Below are positions 19,452 to 30,127 of a DNA stretch of 64,000 nucleotides, in pieces; the stretch's first letter is position 1, and each line of letters starts with the position of its first letter. Source of the DNA: an uncultured Bacilli bacterium (GTDB lineage Bacteria > Bacillota_I > Bacilli_A > RF39 > UBA660); assembly GCA_947625535.1 (NCBI GenBank), contig CANQOR010000001.1:2661-66660 (forward strand). The letters run 5' to 3'. The notes under the pieces are model-generated. The model saw only the letters and a list, made by a program, of their open reading frames with translations. It ran no database searches and was not told the origin of the DNA. The position numbers and the translations under genes were made by a program.

Positions 19452-20632
19452 TTTAATTCTCCTTTAATTAATTCATATATTTTTTTAGTACTATCTTTAC
19501 TTAGATTAGTAATAAATTTTTTTCTAAAGTTTAAAAGTATTTTTTTATCATATGAATTATTATCTATTACTTTAACTAAATCTTTAATATTTTTAGATGT
19601 ATAGTTTGGTAATTCATTAAATAGATTAACATTTAAACCATTTTCTTCTTCGTACTTTTCATAATCATATACATAAAGTAAGATATTAGTTTTTAAGATA
19701 GCTGCTTCAATCATTAAAGCTGAATAATCAGTTATAACATAATCAGCCATTTTTAAAAGACTAGGATAATTTACTTGAGGATTTATAATAACATCTTTAT
19801 ATTTACTAGTATCTATCTTTTTAGCATCTAATTCATGAAGAGTTATAACTAAGTTATATTTTTGACAATCAATATTATTAATTACCTCTTTGATATTATC
19901 TCTACCATCTCTTCTAAATGTTGGCGAATATAATATTATCGGTTTATTTTTATCTAATGTTTTAATACTTTGATAGATTTCTTCTTTATCTACTTTTAAA
20001 TTTAGTAAATAATCTACATAGGGAGTACCTATTGCTAGTACTTTATTTATATCGGTATTAAAAGCTTCACTAAATGGTTTATTCATAGCTACTGAACCAG
20101 ATAAGATATAATCATAATTGGCATGCATATTAAGAATTTTAGCTGTCTTAGGATTCATACCATCTTTACGACCTATTGATTGATAACCAAACATTTTAAT
20201 AGCTGCTAAGGCATGCCACATTTGAATTATACAAGTATTTTTCTTATGTTTTAAACAACTTATTAAAGGATTATAACCATCGGTAATTATAACTTTAGAA
20301 GTAGCTATATAAACCATTTGTTTATATAAAGTAAAATAATATTTTAAACAATTACCTAGTTCTTTAAATAATAAAGGCAACTGATGAATAATAGATTTTT
20401 TTGAAGTATGTAATACTTTATTTAATCCTTCTGATACTCTTAAACAACTTACTTTAATATCAATACTTTTATCATTATCTTTTATATAATCTATTAATAA
20501 TTGATAATTCAAGGAAGGACTATTAGTTTGACGACTAAGAAAAAAGACTCTCTTTTTTTGTTTAGTAAATAGTTTAATAAAGAAATATATTATTTGTAAA
20601 TGGACTTTAAAAATAATCAAGATAAACTTCAT
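19448..20632 (-). CDS. CDP-glycerol/ribitol phosphotransferase family (TagB/TarL-like)
   Basis: QMWHALAAIKMFG, YSPTFR, ITDYSA. Confidence 0.88.
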   Translation of the reverse strand: MKFILIIFKVHLQIIYFFIKLFTKQKKRVFFLSRQTNSPSLNYQLLIDYIKDNDKSIDIKVSCLRVSEGLNKVLHTSKKSIIHQLPLLFKELGNCLKYYFTLYKQMVYIATSKVIITDGYNPLISCLKHKKNTCIIQMWHALAAIKMFGYQSIGRKDGMNPKTAKILNMHANYDYILSGSVAMNKPFSEAFNTDINKVLAIGTPYVDYLLNLKVDKEEIYQSIKTLDKNKPIILYSPTFRRDGRDNIKEVINNIDCQKYNLVITLHELDAKKIDTSKYKDVIINPQVNYPSLLKMADYVITDYSALMIEAAILKTNILLYVYDYEKYEEENGLNVNLFNELPNYTSKNIKDLVKVIDNNSYDKKILLNFRKKFITNLSKDSTKKIYELIKGELK

Positions 20633-20679
20633 TGCTCTCTACTCCTTTAAAAAACTACCAATAATAATTGGTAGTTTAA

Positions 20680-21102
20680 TTATTGGTCTATATTTTCGTT
20701 TTCATCTTTATGTGCTGCTATAAAATTACGGAAATTAGTTGATGAGAAATCACTAATTCTTTTAAAGAATACTACATGGCAATAGTCTTCAAGGTATTTA
20801 AATTTCTCACTACCTTCCCAATCACTACCCATTACAAGTGTATCGATGTTATTAGTTTCAATATCGTGAACTTTTTGTTCCCAATTCTCTTCTGGAATAA
20901 CTTCATCAACATATTTAATAGCTTCCATAATTATTTTTCTTTCTTCATAATTAAGATATGAATGTTTATGTTTAATAGCATTAAATTCATCTGTTGAAAC
21001 ACCTACTATTAAGTAATCACCTAGACTTTTAGCAAATTTAAGTAAAGCAATATGTCCTGGTGTTAATAAATCAAATGTTCCATATGTAATAATTTTTTTC
21101 AT
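20680..21102 (-). CDS. tagD: Glycerol-3-phosphate cytidylyltransferase-like
   Basis: ITYGTFDLL.PGH, VSTDEFN, YVDEVIPEENWEQK, MGSDW. Confidence 0.85.
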   Translation of the reverse strand: MKKIITYGTFDLLTPGHIALLKFAKSLGDYLIVGVSTDEFNAIKHKHSYLNYEERKIIMEAIKYVDEVIPEENWEQKVHDIETNNIDTLVMGSDWEGSEKFKYLEDYCHVVFFKRISDFSSTNFRNFIAAHKDENENIDQ

Positions 21103-21207
21103 TTTTATCCTTCTTTTCCTTTAAAATATTAATATTTTTTAATTCTTACTAATATTTTATCATTTTTTAAATGATATATAAAGACAAAGTGTAAAGTTTA
21201 TACTTTA

Positions 21208-22170
21208 TTAATCTAAATCTTTTTCAATTACATATAAATTTTTATTATTTAATTCACTATATATTTTACCAATATATTCACCTATAATACCTAAAGATAT
21301 TAATTGTAAGCTAGTAGCTAAAAAGATAAATGGTATTATATATTTAGTAATACTATTTATTGATAAAATTAATAAATAGATAATAACTAATAAACTTATA
21401 ATAAAAGTAATTATTCCTATATATAAAATAAATCTTAATGGTTTAATACTAAATGATGTAATAATATTAGTAAGTGAAGTTATTCTTTTATTAAAAGTAT
21501 TTTTAGATTTACCAGCAAAACGATCATTTTTAGTATAATTAACTATAGATGAATTATAACCTAGTTTAGGTATTAAGACTTTTAAATTTATATTATTAGT
21601 TTTATATTTTAATATTTCATTTACTACAGTTTTATCAATTAAACGAAAATCAACATGATTTTTAATTGTTTTAATATTCATTTTATTTAATAATTGATGA
21701 GTTATACTAGAAAGTCCTATTTTAAAGAATGAATCTTTTGGTCTTGGTATTCTAACACCATAAACTACTTTATAACCTTTATCATATTCTTTTATCATTT
21801 CATCAATTATATTAATATCATCTTGTAAATCAGCATCTAAAGTAATTATTATATCGGCTAAATCGGCACATTTTTCTAACCCTGCTAAGATAGCTTTTTG
21901 TTTACCATAATTGTTAGTTAAAGAAAGACCTGTAAAAGTTTTATCACTTTTATGCATTTCCTCGATCATTGTCCAAGTATGGTCTTTAGAACCATCATTT
22001 ACAAATAATACTCTACTATCTTTAGAAATTAATGATTCTTTTAATAAGTTCTCCATCTTTATTTTTAATTGTTTGGTTGTTTCTTGAATTATTTCTTCTT
22101 CATTGTAACAAGGAACAACTATATATAAAGTTTTCAGTTTAGCAATTGATTTTGTACTTTTCTTTCTCAT
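21208..22170 (-). CDS. GT2 polyprenol-phosphate glycosyltransferase (GtrB/YkoT-like)
   Basis: VPCYNEE, VNDGSKD, DADLQD, two C-terminal TM. Confidence 0.88.
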   Translation of the reverse strand: MRKKSTKSIAKLKTLYIVVPCYNEEEIIQETTKQLKIKMENLLKESLISKDSRVLFVNDGSKDHTWTMIEEMHKSDKTFTGLSLTNNYGKQKAILAGLEKCADLADIIITLDADLQDDINIIDEMIKEYDKGYKVVYGVRIPRPKDSFFKIGLSSITHQLLNKMNIKTIKNHVDFRLIDKTVVNEILKYKTNNINLKVLIPKLGYNSSIVNYTKNDRFAGKSKNTFNKRITSLTNIITSFSIKPLRFILYIGIITFIISLLVIIYLLILSINSITKYIIPFIFLATSLQLISLGIIGEYIGKIYSELNNKNLYVIEKDLD

Positions 22171-22272
22171 TTTATGAACCTCTTTTTTACGCAAGTATTA
22201 ATAGTATATCATTTTTTTAAACATAAAACAAAACAAAGAGGTTGTCCTCTTTGTTTATTAACTTAATTAATC

Positions 22273-23022
22273 TTAAAGTTGTTTCATGAATTCTTCGTAT
22301 TTTGGTATTACATCATCTGGTTTACCAATCATTTTGATTTCACCATCATTTAACCACAATACTTCATCACATAATTCTTTTATTGTACCTAAACTATGAG
22401 ATACGATAATAACAGTTCTTTTTTCATCTGAGATTAATTCTTTCATCTTATTATAACTTTTTTCTTTAAATTGAACATCTCCAACTGATAATACTTCATC
22501 TATTAAAGTTATATCAGTTTCTAAGATAGCTGTTATAGCAAATGCTAGTTTAGAATACATACCTGATGAATATGTTTTAACTGGTTTTTTAATAAAGTCA
22601 CCAATATCAGCAAACTCAATTATTTCTTTTTCTTTTTTAGCTATTTCTTCTTCAGAGAAACCTAGAAGCATTCCTGATAAATAGATATTTTCTTTACCAG
22701 TTAGTTTTTTATTAAAACCAACACCTATAGATAGTAAAGATATTGTACGTCCATGTAAATCTATAGAACCTTTATCTGGTGAAAAGATACCAGCAATAGC
22801 TCTTAACATGGTTGATTTACCAGAACCATTTTTACCTATAATACCTAGGATTTTACCTTCTTCTATTTCAAAGCTTACGCCTTTTAGAGCATGGAATAGT
22901 TCTACTTTATTACCAAAGTTTTTCCATGATGCTCTTATAGATGTTTTCTTTAAACCACGATATGTTATATGAAGGTTTTTCACTGTAACAGCTATTTCTT
23001 TTTTATTTTCTTTTGTTGCCAT
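22273..23022 (-). CDS. tagH: Teichoic acid/polysaccharide export ABC ATPase (TagH/Wzt-like)
   Basis: GKNGSGKST, YSSGM, IDEVLSVGD. Confidence 0.85.
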   Translation of the reverse strand: MATKENKKEIAVTVKNLHITYRGLKKTSIRASWKNFGNKVELFHALKGVSFEIEEGKILGIIGKNGSGKSTMLRAIAGIFSPDKGSIDLHGRTISLLSIGVGFNKKLTGKENIYLSGMLLGFSEEEIAKKEKEIIEFADIGDFIKKPVKTYSSGMYSKLAFAITAILETDITLIDEVLSVGDVQFKEKSYNKMKELISDEKRTVIIVSHSLGTIKELCDEVLWLNDGEIKMIGKPDDVIPKYEEFMKQL

Positions 23023-23023
23023 A

Positions 23024-23806
23024 CTATATCACCTTCGCATAACTATTTTCATATTTATGAATAACATGAACACCATAAATACATAGTATTAAACCTATAA
23101 CAAGCCAGAAAGCTAAGCCTTTAATACTTACTAAATTACCTGAGATAGCTACTTGTCGTGCTTGATCCATTAAGAATGCAATTGGATTTGCTCTTAATAA
23201 TAAATAACCAAGTTTTCCTTTTAGTCTAGATCTAATATTATAGAAAATACCAGATAAATAGAAGACCATTCTTAAAGCTATATTAGTTAAATTACCTAGG
23301 TCATTAAATGTAACACCATGGTGCATTAAAATCATTCCTATACCAAATGTAATAACGTATAATACAGCAATTACAGGAATAATTAAGATTAAATGCCATG
23401 TAATAGGAACATGTTGGAATATCATTAAACCTAAAGCTAAGCCTAAAGAAATAGCCATTTTAAATAAATAAGTTAATGATTTAGAAAATAGTAAGATATA
23501 TTTTGGAATATATACTTTTGTAACTAAATCACGATTATTAACGATTAATTTAACACTACCCGTTATCATGCGGTTAAAGAAATCCCATAATGCTTGTCCA
23601 ACCATTACAAATGAAGCAAAATATAATTCATTGTTTTTGAAAACATAACCAAAAATAAATGTATAAATAAGCATAAAGCAGAATGGTTCAATAACCCACC
23701 ATAACCAGTTAAGGTATGAATCTGCTACTTCACTTTTTAGTTCGGCTTTAGCAGATCTAACAGCATATTTATAATACTTTTTGATGTTTTTAAAAAATTT
23801 TTTCAT
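23024..23806 (-). CDS. tagG: Teichoic acid/polysaccharide export ABC-2 permease (TagG/Wzm-like)
   Basis: LNWLWWVIEP, FYLSGIFY, NP motif; pairs with ATPase. Confidence 0.83.
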   Translation of the reverse strand: MKKFFKNIKKYYKYAVRSAKAELKSEVADSYLNWLWWVIEPFCFMLIYTFIFGYVFKNNELYFASFVMVGQALWDFFNRMITGSVKLIVNNRDLVTKVYIPKYILLFSKSLTYLFKMAISLGLALGLMIFQHVPITWHLILIIPVIAVLYVITFGIGMILMHHGVTFNDLGNLTNIALRMVFYLSGIFYNIRSRLKGKLGYLLLRANPIAFLMDQARQVAISGNLVSIKGLAFWLVIGLILCIYGVHVIHKYENSYAKVI

Positions 23807-23863
23807 AACTCACCTTCTACATTATTTTAGCATTTATCATTATTTATTTAAAGTATTATTTAT

Positions 23864-24904
23864 TTATACTTTTAATATTTTTTTATCAATAAATTTGAAA
23901 ATATAATTCATTATAAATGTTAAAATTATGGTAATTATAAAACTATACATTGCAAATCTATATGCATGAGATGTGGCAAGGCCAAGTTTTGAAAATATTA
24001 TCATTGGTAAACGTTGTAATATATAAATACAAAACAAGTTATCACCAAACCATTTTAATATAGGGCTGCTTAAATTAACTTTAATTGTTGCAAGTACAAC
24101 TAATAATACAAAGAATATTGAAGTTATGTTATATATTAATGCATTAGTATTAGCAATCTTCTTAATAGATAAGAATGATATTAGTACAACAAATAAGACA
24201 ATTAAATATTTTTTATTATTAAATAATATTTTATTTATTTCTTCTTTATAATAAGAGTACGTTAATCCTAAGGGATAACATAAAATGGTATTATAGCAAT
24301 AAGCTAATGCTTTACCGCGATGAACACCAATTATCATTACAATTAGTAAAGCCAATACCCAGTTTAAAGCTATGGCTTTTTTATCATCTTTATCAAATAT
24401 TTTAAAAGCAAAATAAGTAGATAAATACAAGCATAGTATAGCAAATATATACCAATTACTATTACCAATCCCCCCCCAACCGGTTAAAGCAAGTAAAATA
24501 TCGACGATAGATTTTTTATTACCAATTGGTATATTTGCAAGAGCAAACATTAAAACTACTATGTCAAAATGAACTAAAGTTTTTAAAATTCTATTTTTGG
24601 GTATTGAATCTATATATTTTTTCTTTTTCTTTTTTATCGATTCGTATATTCCATATCCAGAATAAAATAAGAACATTGTAACCATTAATTGACCTAAAAA
24701 ATTCCTTAAATATAACATTATAAAATCTTTTGACATTTGAACTTTAGTATAAGAACAATAATGACTATAAAATACTATTAAAGTAAATATTCCTTTAACA
24801 CAAGTTGTATTTTCTTTACTTAAATAATCTTTATTGCTTGAAGTAATAAATACTTTAATTCCTATTAATGAAATTAAAACGATAAAGAGTAAGTACAAAT
24901 TCAT
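23864..24904 (-). CDS. Acyltransferase-3 family membrane O-acyltransferase
   Basis: KG...IVFYSH, V.MFLFYSGYG, NWYI; about 10 TM; internal G8 tract. Confidence 0.82.
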   Translation of the reverse strand: MNLYLLFIVLISLIGIKVFITSSNKDYLSKENTTCVKGIFTLIVFYSHYCSYTKVQMSKDFIMLYLRNFLGQLMVTMFLFYSGYGIYESIKKKKKKYIDSIPKNRILKTLVHFDIVVLMFALANIPIGNKKSIVDILLALTGWGGIGNSNWYIFAILCLYLSTYFAFKIFDKDDKKAIALNWVLALLIVMIIGVHRGKALAYCYNTILCYPLGLTYSYYKEEINKILFNNKKYLIVLFVVLISFLSIKKIANTNALIYNITSIFFVLLVVLATIKVNLSSPILKWFGDNLFCIYILQRLPMIIFSKLGLATSHAYRFAMYSFIITIILTFIMNYIFKFIDKKILKV

Positions 24905-24906
24905 AT

Positions 24907-27558
24907 TTATTCTCCTTTTAATTTCTTTATTTTATTATAAACTCTTTCGCAATTGTTGGCATCATGATAAGTAAAGAAATCATCAATTCGTTTTTCGTAT
25001 TTCTTTTCAAGCTTACAATCTTTTTTTATTAAATTAATTAATTCTTTTATAAAGTCATCATAGTCAGTACAACATGGACCAAATCCCATAGTATTGTAAT
25101 CAAAATATCCTTTATTATATATTTGACCTTCATAAAAAGTTTCACGATCTGGTTGAAAATATAAAACCGGTTTTTTTAAATAACCAAAGTCAAAATAAAC
25201 ACTTGAATAATCAGTTATAAGTAATTTATTTTCACAGAATTCTTTTTGATAATTTATATTACCTTCTGCTATTTCGACATATTCATTTAATTCAAAATCT
25301 TTAAGTTGTGGTAAAACATTAGGATGAGGAATGAATCTTATTTTATAGTTATAATCTTTTAATACTTTATGTAATTTTTTATCGTTTAGTAAATTATTTA
25401 TCCACTTATAATAGTCTGTGTTTTTAAATTTTTCATTATATAGTCTAGCTCCTGTTATACGATCTATTTTATTCGCTATGTTACTACGCCATGTAAAAGA
25501 AACCATAATAGTATTATGCAATTCATATTGACTTTTTTTAGTAACTAAACCATCATAACGTGGAAAACCAGTTAGTTGAATTACATTTTTATTATAACCA
25601 TATGTACATAATGAATCATATTCTTTTTGAACTGCTGAAACAAACATATCTATATGTTTGGTATTTGGATTTAACCAGGAAGATATATCATTTTGTGTAA
25701 TTCCATGTTGTAGAAAGACATATTTAAACTTAAATAAATCTTTATAATATTGATTATTTTTACCAAATAAATTTGTTATGTATACTTCGGCGTGTGAAGA
25801 AATAATATAATCTGCATTAACAAATAAAAATTTATATTTTAAAGAATTATTATCAATAACTTTTCCATATTGTTTCATTCTTTCAAAATCTTTGCAATCT
25901 TTAGATATTACATAATAAGCATTTACTTCTTCTCTATGGTTTTCATTTATATACTTAAATAAATGTTCGGCATTATCATCAGCAACATTTACTCTATCAG
26001 ATAATAACCAAATATTTTTAGGAGCAAATGGTTTACTAAGAATTATTAATAATCTCAAAATTAATTGCTTAATTTTACCTTTACCAATTAAGCCAAAGAT
26101 ATTTTTAAACTCTCTTCCAATGCATTTAAAAATACTTCTGTTAGATATTTTAAATTTTCCTTTATCTAAAGTTACCATTTTATTTTTATATACATAATAG
26201 CTTCCTTTTAATAAATTGGTTAGATTACTTTGATTAGAAAAACTTAAATTTAAGTAATCATTATTCTTATTATATACAAAGCCGAATTCTTTAACTTTAT
26301 TAATATCTACTTTAACATCTATGCCATAATAGCTAGTGATTTTTTCGTTACTAAATGATATTTCATCAAAGTTATTATGTAATTCATAATATTCTATTTC
26401 TTGTTCTTCACCATCAACAATAAATTTGATTTTGTCTTTTGAATATAAGCTTTGATTTATACGTCCTATTATTTGTAAAATATTATCTTCAATATATATG
26501 TCATCTATTTGCATAAATTTTATTTTGTTTTTAGGTTCTTCTAATAAATTACAAATAACATCACCATCTTTAATAGAAATTAACGTTGAGATATCTTTAT
26601 TATATTTAATGTTATATATGTACATTAGATATGTTGGAGGAATATTTTTTTGTTCCTTAAAAAAATCAAAATCTATTTTCTTTATTAAATTAGTAATACA
26701 TTTTATGTAGTCTTTTTGTTCTTTTTCAGTTATTAAATCACTCATTGATGAAGTTGTTAAACGCCATCCAATATCATAAGCTACTAAAAATTTAACATAA
26801 TCTAAAACTTTACCAAATTCTTTTTCTGATTTTTCAAATAAATATTCATATACTTTGTGTGGTGTTACTGTATACCAAGGATTATTTGTTAATGAATTTT
26901 GACTAGCGGAAGTTTGATTTCGACGACGACGATAATAATAAACTGGTTTTGATAAGATCATCATTTTATATTCTTTAAATAATATTTCATTTATTAATCT
27001 CGTATCTTCTTCGTTTTTTGTTTCTAAGTCATATTTATAGTTTTTAATTACATCTTTTGTAATAAAACATGAACATGTACTTAATTGAATGTATTGATAA
27101 TCTTCTCTAATATCGATTATTTTATCATTTTTATATTTATAATTTAAAACATGATTACCTTTTTGAGCATCAAAATAACGCATTTTAGTACTAAATACAT
27201 GAACGTCTTGATGTTCTAAATAATTATCATAAACTATTTTAAAAGTATTTAATGACCATTTATCATCACTATCTAAGAAGTTTATTAATTCTCCGCTTGC
27301 TAATTCAATACCTTTATTACGAGCTGCTGAGACACCAGCATTTTTTTGTTTATAGTAAATGATATTATCAGGATATAATTCTTGATATTTTAAACATATT
27401 TTCTCTGAATCATCAGGAGATCCATCATTAATTAAAATTAATTCAATATTATCTTCAAAACCAATTGTTTGATTAATTACACTTTCGATTGTTTCTTCTA
27501 AGTACTCTTCTACATTATAAATGGGTACTATTACTGAAAATTTGAATTGTTTTTTCAT
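24907..27558 (-). CDS. Bifunctional GT2 glycosyltransferase / CDP-glycerol glycerophosphotransferase
   Basis: VPIYNVE, INDGSPD, FLDSDD; FLQHG, GFPRYD, ITDYSSV; start at 27558 in TAATG overlap. Confidence 0.9.
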   Translation of the reverse strand: MKKQFKFSVIVPIYNVEEYLEETIESVINQTIGFEDNIELILINDGSPDDSEKICLKYQELYPDNIIYYKQKNAGVSAARNKGIELASGELINFLDSDDKWSLNTFKIVYDNYLEHQDVHVFSTKMRYFDAQKGNHVLNYKYKNDKIIDIREDYQYIQLSTCSCFITKDVIKNYKYDLETKNEEDTRLINEILFKEYKMMILSKPVYYYRRRRNQTSASQNSLTNNPWYTVTPHKVYEYLFEKSEKEFGKVLDYVKFLVAYDIGWRLTTSSMSDLITEKEQKDYIKCITNLIKKIDFDFFKEQKNIPPTYLMYIYNIKYNKDISTLISIKDGDVICNLLEEPKNKIKFMQIDDIYIEDNILQIIGRINQSLYSKDKIKFIVDGEEQEIEYYELHNNFDEISFSNEKITSYYGIDVKVDINKVKEFGFVYNKNNDYLNLSFSNQSNLTNLLKGSYYVYKNKMVTLDKGKFKISNRSIFKCIGREFKNIFGLIGKGKIKQLILRLLIILSKPFAPKNIWLLSDRVNVADDNAEHLFKYINENHREEVNAYYVISKDCKDFERMKQYGKVIDNNSLKYKFLFVNADYIISSHAEVYITNLFGKNNQYYKDLFKFKYVFLQHGITQNDISSWLNPNTKHIDMFVSAVQKEYDSLCTYGYNKNVIQLTGFPRYDGLVTKKSQYELHNTIMVSFTWRSNIANKIDRITGARLYNEKFKNTDYYKWINNLLNDKKLHKVLKDYNYKIRFIPHPNVLPQLKDFELNEYVEIAEGNINYQKEFCENKLLITDYSSVYFDFGYLKKPVLYFQPDRETFYEGQIYNKGYFDYNTMGFGPCCTDYDDFIKELINLIKKDCKLEKKYEKRIDDFFTYHDANNCERVYNKIKKLKGE

Positions 27559-28520
27559 TATTTTTTCCTCCTTAATCCTACTATTTCTATATATAAAAGC
27601 ATTAATAAATATGAACATCTATAAAAACGATAATGTTTAGATTTAAATAAATTTACTTGATGCTTATAATTTTTGAAGTTCTTTTTAAAATAGTTTAAAA
27701 ATTTTTTAACAAATTCTCTTTGCAATTTTTTATCATTAAATTTTTTAAATTCTCTAATTCTTCTTACATAGAAGCCAGCACTTAATTCAATTAGTTCTTT
27801 TTCATATTTTTCAAAATCATTATTTTCTTTAAAAAATACTACCATATCTTCAAGAACATCTATTATATTTAAAAGATTCTTTTTATAACTATTAGTAATT
27901 GAATTTTCACTATCAAATAAATAATAATAAAATGGTTTTTCTATAATATACATTTTATTAGCATAGTATTTATATCTTATACCAAAAGCAAAATCTTCGG
28001 CATAGCTGTACTGTTCTGGTAAACGTAGATTATATTTATCGATAATAGATTTTTTAAATAATTTATCACAATTATAATTTGATGTTTTAGAAAATGCTTT
28101 AGCATCAGTTTCTTTACTGGTATTGATTATTTCTTTCATACCATTTTTAGTTACGTTGTAACGACCACAACATACTAAATCAATGTCATCTGTCATTTTA
28201 GAAGACATTTCTTCAAACATTTTTTCATCAACATAATCATCACTATCTACAAAACCAATGTACTTACCTGTTGCGATATCTAAACCTTTATTACGTGATG
28301 CAGCTGGTCCTAAATTTTTTTCATTATCGATAATTTTTATTTTAGGATTATCTTTATATTTATTTAATATTTTTAACGTATTATCTCTACTTTTATCATT
28401 TATAACTATTATTTCTATTTTAGTTAAAGTTTGATTTATAAGACTTTGGAGGCACTTATCAATTGTTTTTTCAGCATTATATGCAGGAACAATAACAGAC
28501 ACAATTGGTTTTGTCATCAA
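27558..28520 (-). CDS. GT2 glycosyltransferase
   Basis: VSVIVPAYN, INDKSRD, FVDSDD, AED. Confidence 0.92.
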   Translation of the reverse strand: MMTKPIVSVIVPAYNAEKTIDKCLQSLINQTLTKIEIIVINDKSRDNTLKILNKYKDNPKIKIIDNEKNLGPAASRNKGLDIATGKYIGFVDSDDYVDEKMFEEMSSKMTDDIDLVCCGRYNVTKNGMKEIINTSKETDAKAFSKTSNYNCDKLFKKSIIDKYNLRLPEQYSYAEDFAFGIRYKYYANKMYIIEKPFYYYLFDSENSITNSYKKNLLNIIDVLEDMVVFFKENNDFEKYEKELIELSAGFYVRRIREFKKFNDKKLQREFVKKFLNYFKKNFKNYKHQVNLFKSKHYRFYRCSYLLMLLYIEIVGLRRKK

Positions 28521-28630
28521 AACACCTCCCTAAAGATTTTTTATTGCATATTTTTATTATAACAACTTAGGCAAGGTATTTCAATGAACCTTACTATTTC
28601 TTGACATAAAAAAAGATGATTTTCATCATC

Positions 28631-29074
28631 TTAACTTAATCTTTGTTTTACTAAAGAACTTACTAAAGACATATCTGCGCCATTACCAAGTCTAGTTGTA
28701 GCTTCTTTCATAACTTTACCCATTTCTTTAATACTTTCAGGTTTAAGTTCAGCAAATACTTCATCTAGAACTTTATTTATTTGTTCTTCAGATAATTCTT
28801 CTGGTAAATATTTAGATAAGCATTCTATTTCTTTATTAAGATTTGCTACTTCTTCATCTTTACCATATTTAGCATACTCAGTAATACTATCTTTTCTTTG
28901 TTTTACTTGTCTTTTAATAACAACAATTGCTTCTTCATCAGATAGATCATGTTTTTTACTAATCTTTTCATTTTGAAGAGCAGTTTTTAACATACGAAGA
29001 ACAGATAAATTAAATTTGTCTTGTGCTTTCATTGCAGCAGTCATATCTTTTACTACAGTATCAGTTAAAGCCAT
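28631..29074 (-). CDS. yqeY: GatB/YqeY domain protein
   Basis: AAMKAQDK...KQRKDSI...YLPEELSEE; follows rpsU. Confidence 0.92.
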   Translation of the reverse strand: MALTDTVVKDMTAAMKAQDKFNLSVLRMLKTALQNEKISKKHDLSDEEAIVVIKRQVKQRKDSITEYAKYGKDEEVANLNKEIECLSKYLPEELSEEQINKVLDEVFAELKPESIKEMGKVMKEATTRLGNGADMSLVSSLVKQRLS

Positions 29075-29085
29075 CTTTACACTTC

Positions 29086-29277
29086 CTATCTGTCATTTCT
29101 TCTACGTTTACGAGAATTTCTAATCATTTCCTCTTTAGCCTTACGTCTTTTAACTCCTGGCTTATCATAGCATTTTTTCTCTTTTAATTTTGAAGGGACT
29201 CCACTTTTTGCAACTTTTACTTTAAATTTCTTTAAAGCCGCATCAATGTTGCCATTTTGTACTACTACTTTAGTCAT
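29086..29277 (-). CDS. rpsU: 30S ribosomal protein bS21
   Basis: IDAALKKFK...YDKPGVKRR. Confidence 0.92.
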   Translation of the reverse strand: MTKVVVQNGNIDAALKKFKVKVAKSGVPSKLKEKKCYDKPGVKRRKAKEEMIRNSRKRRRNDR

Positions 29278-29380
29278 TACACTTTCCCTCCCTTCATTAA
29301 CTATTTAAGATTATAACACTTCATAAAATACTTGACAAGTGAAAAAAACTCTTATTTCGCACTAAAAGAGATAATTTATC

Positions 29381-29409
29381 AAATAAACAAAGAGCATTTC
29401 TGCTCTTTG
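29381..29409 (-). terminator. Intrinsic terminator after the peptide pair
   Basis: CAAAGAGCA-TTTC-TGCTCTTTG followed by TTTATTT on minus strand. Confidence 0.75.
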
Positions 29410-29410
29410 C

Positions 29411-29569
29411 TTAACATTTATTGCCTTTTATAAAGTATCTTAATGTTTCACCACATGATACTCCAAGATTATATAATACAGAGATACCTCGAGCTAAAGC
29501 ATTTAGAAAACCAGCTGAAGTATAATTAGTTGTTCCACCTTTAATATTTAATAATTCTTCGTTAGTCAT
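29411..29569 (-). CDS. Double-glycine-leader peptide B (bacteriocin-like, 52 aa)
   Basis: MTNEELLNIKGG|TTNYTSAGFLNALARGISVIYNLGVSCGETLRYFIKGNKC; AGGTGA RBS; not in ORF track. Confidence 0.85.
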   Translation of the reverse strand: MTNEELLNIKGGTTNYTSAGFLNALARGISVLYNLGVSCGETLRYFIKGNKC

Positions 29570-29576
29570 ATTTCAC

Positions 29577-29720
29577 CTATTTACATACAGCAGGAGACAT
29601 TATTCCTTTACCTAATCCAATTAGAAAAGAAATTAAACCTCCTAAGAAAATACCGAATCCGGCAGATAATTTAAAACCTCCACCCTCTATATTATATAAT
29701 TCTTTTTCTGTTAAATTCAT
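29577..29720 (-). CDS. Double-glycine-leader peptide A (class II bacteriocin-like, 47 aa)
   Basis: MNLTEKELYNIEGG|GFKLSAGFGIFLGGLISFLIGLGKGIMSPAVCK; AAGGAG RBS; not in ORF track. Confidence 0.87.
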   Translation of the reverse strand: MNLTEKELYNIEGGGFKLSAGFGIFLGGLISFLIGLGKGIMSPAVCK

Positions 29721-29722
29721 TT

Positions 29723-30127
29723 TTATACTCCTTTCATAATATTTTTTATTTTATTTATTATTCTTTGTTTATTATAAATTATTTTAAAATTAATTAAACG
29801 ATCTTTACTATTGATATCTGTTTTAATAGTTATATCTTCATAAGGAATAGAATTATTTAAATAAGGTTCTTCATAAGTTATTTCTTTTATTTCATATTCT
29901 TTATTTTGATACTCTATTTTACTATTATTAAAGATATCTATTTTATTATAAGGAATTGATGCTTTAATACTACATTCTTCATTACATGTTATTATACCTG
30001 TTAAATAATAAGAATCATATGTATATATTTTCCATAATGAAGATATGAATAGGAGAAAACTTATTATAATTATATACATATTATAATTTTGAGGTTTTTT
30101 ATTTAATAGGATGATTTTATTATTCAT
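29723..30127 (-). CDS. Putative peptide-export accessory protein (1 TM)
   Basis: Overlaps exporter stop; single TM then beta-rich domain; occupies the accessory-factor position. Confidence 0.55.
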   Translation of the reverse strand: MNNKIILLNKKPQNYNMYIIIISFLLFISSLWKIYTYDSYYLTGIITCNEECSIKASIPYNKIDIFNNSKIEYQNKEYEIKEITYEEPYLNNSIPYEDITIKTDINSKDRLINFKIIYNKQRIINKIKNIMKGV

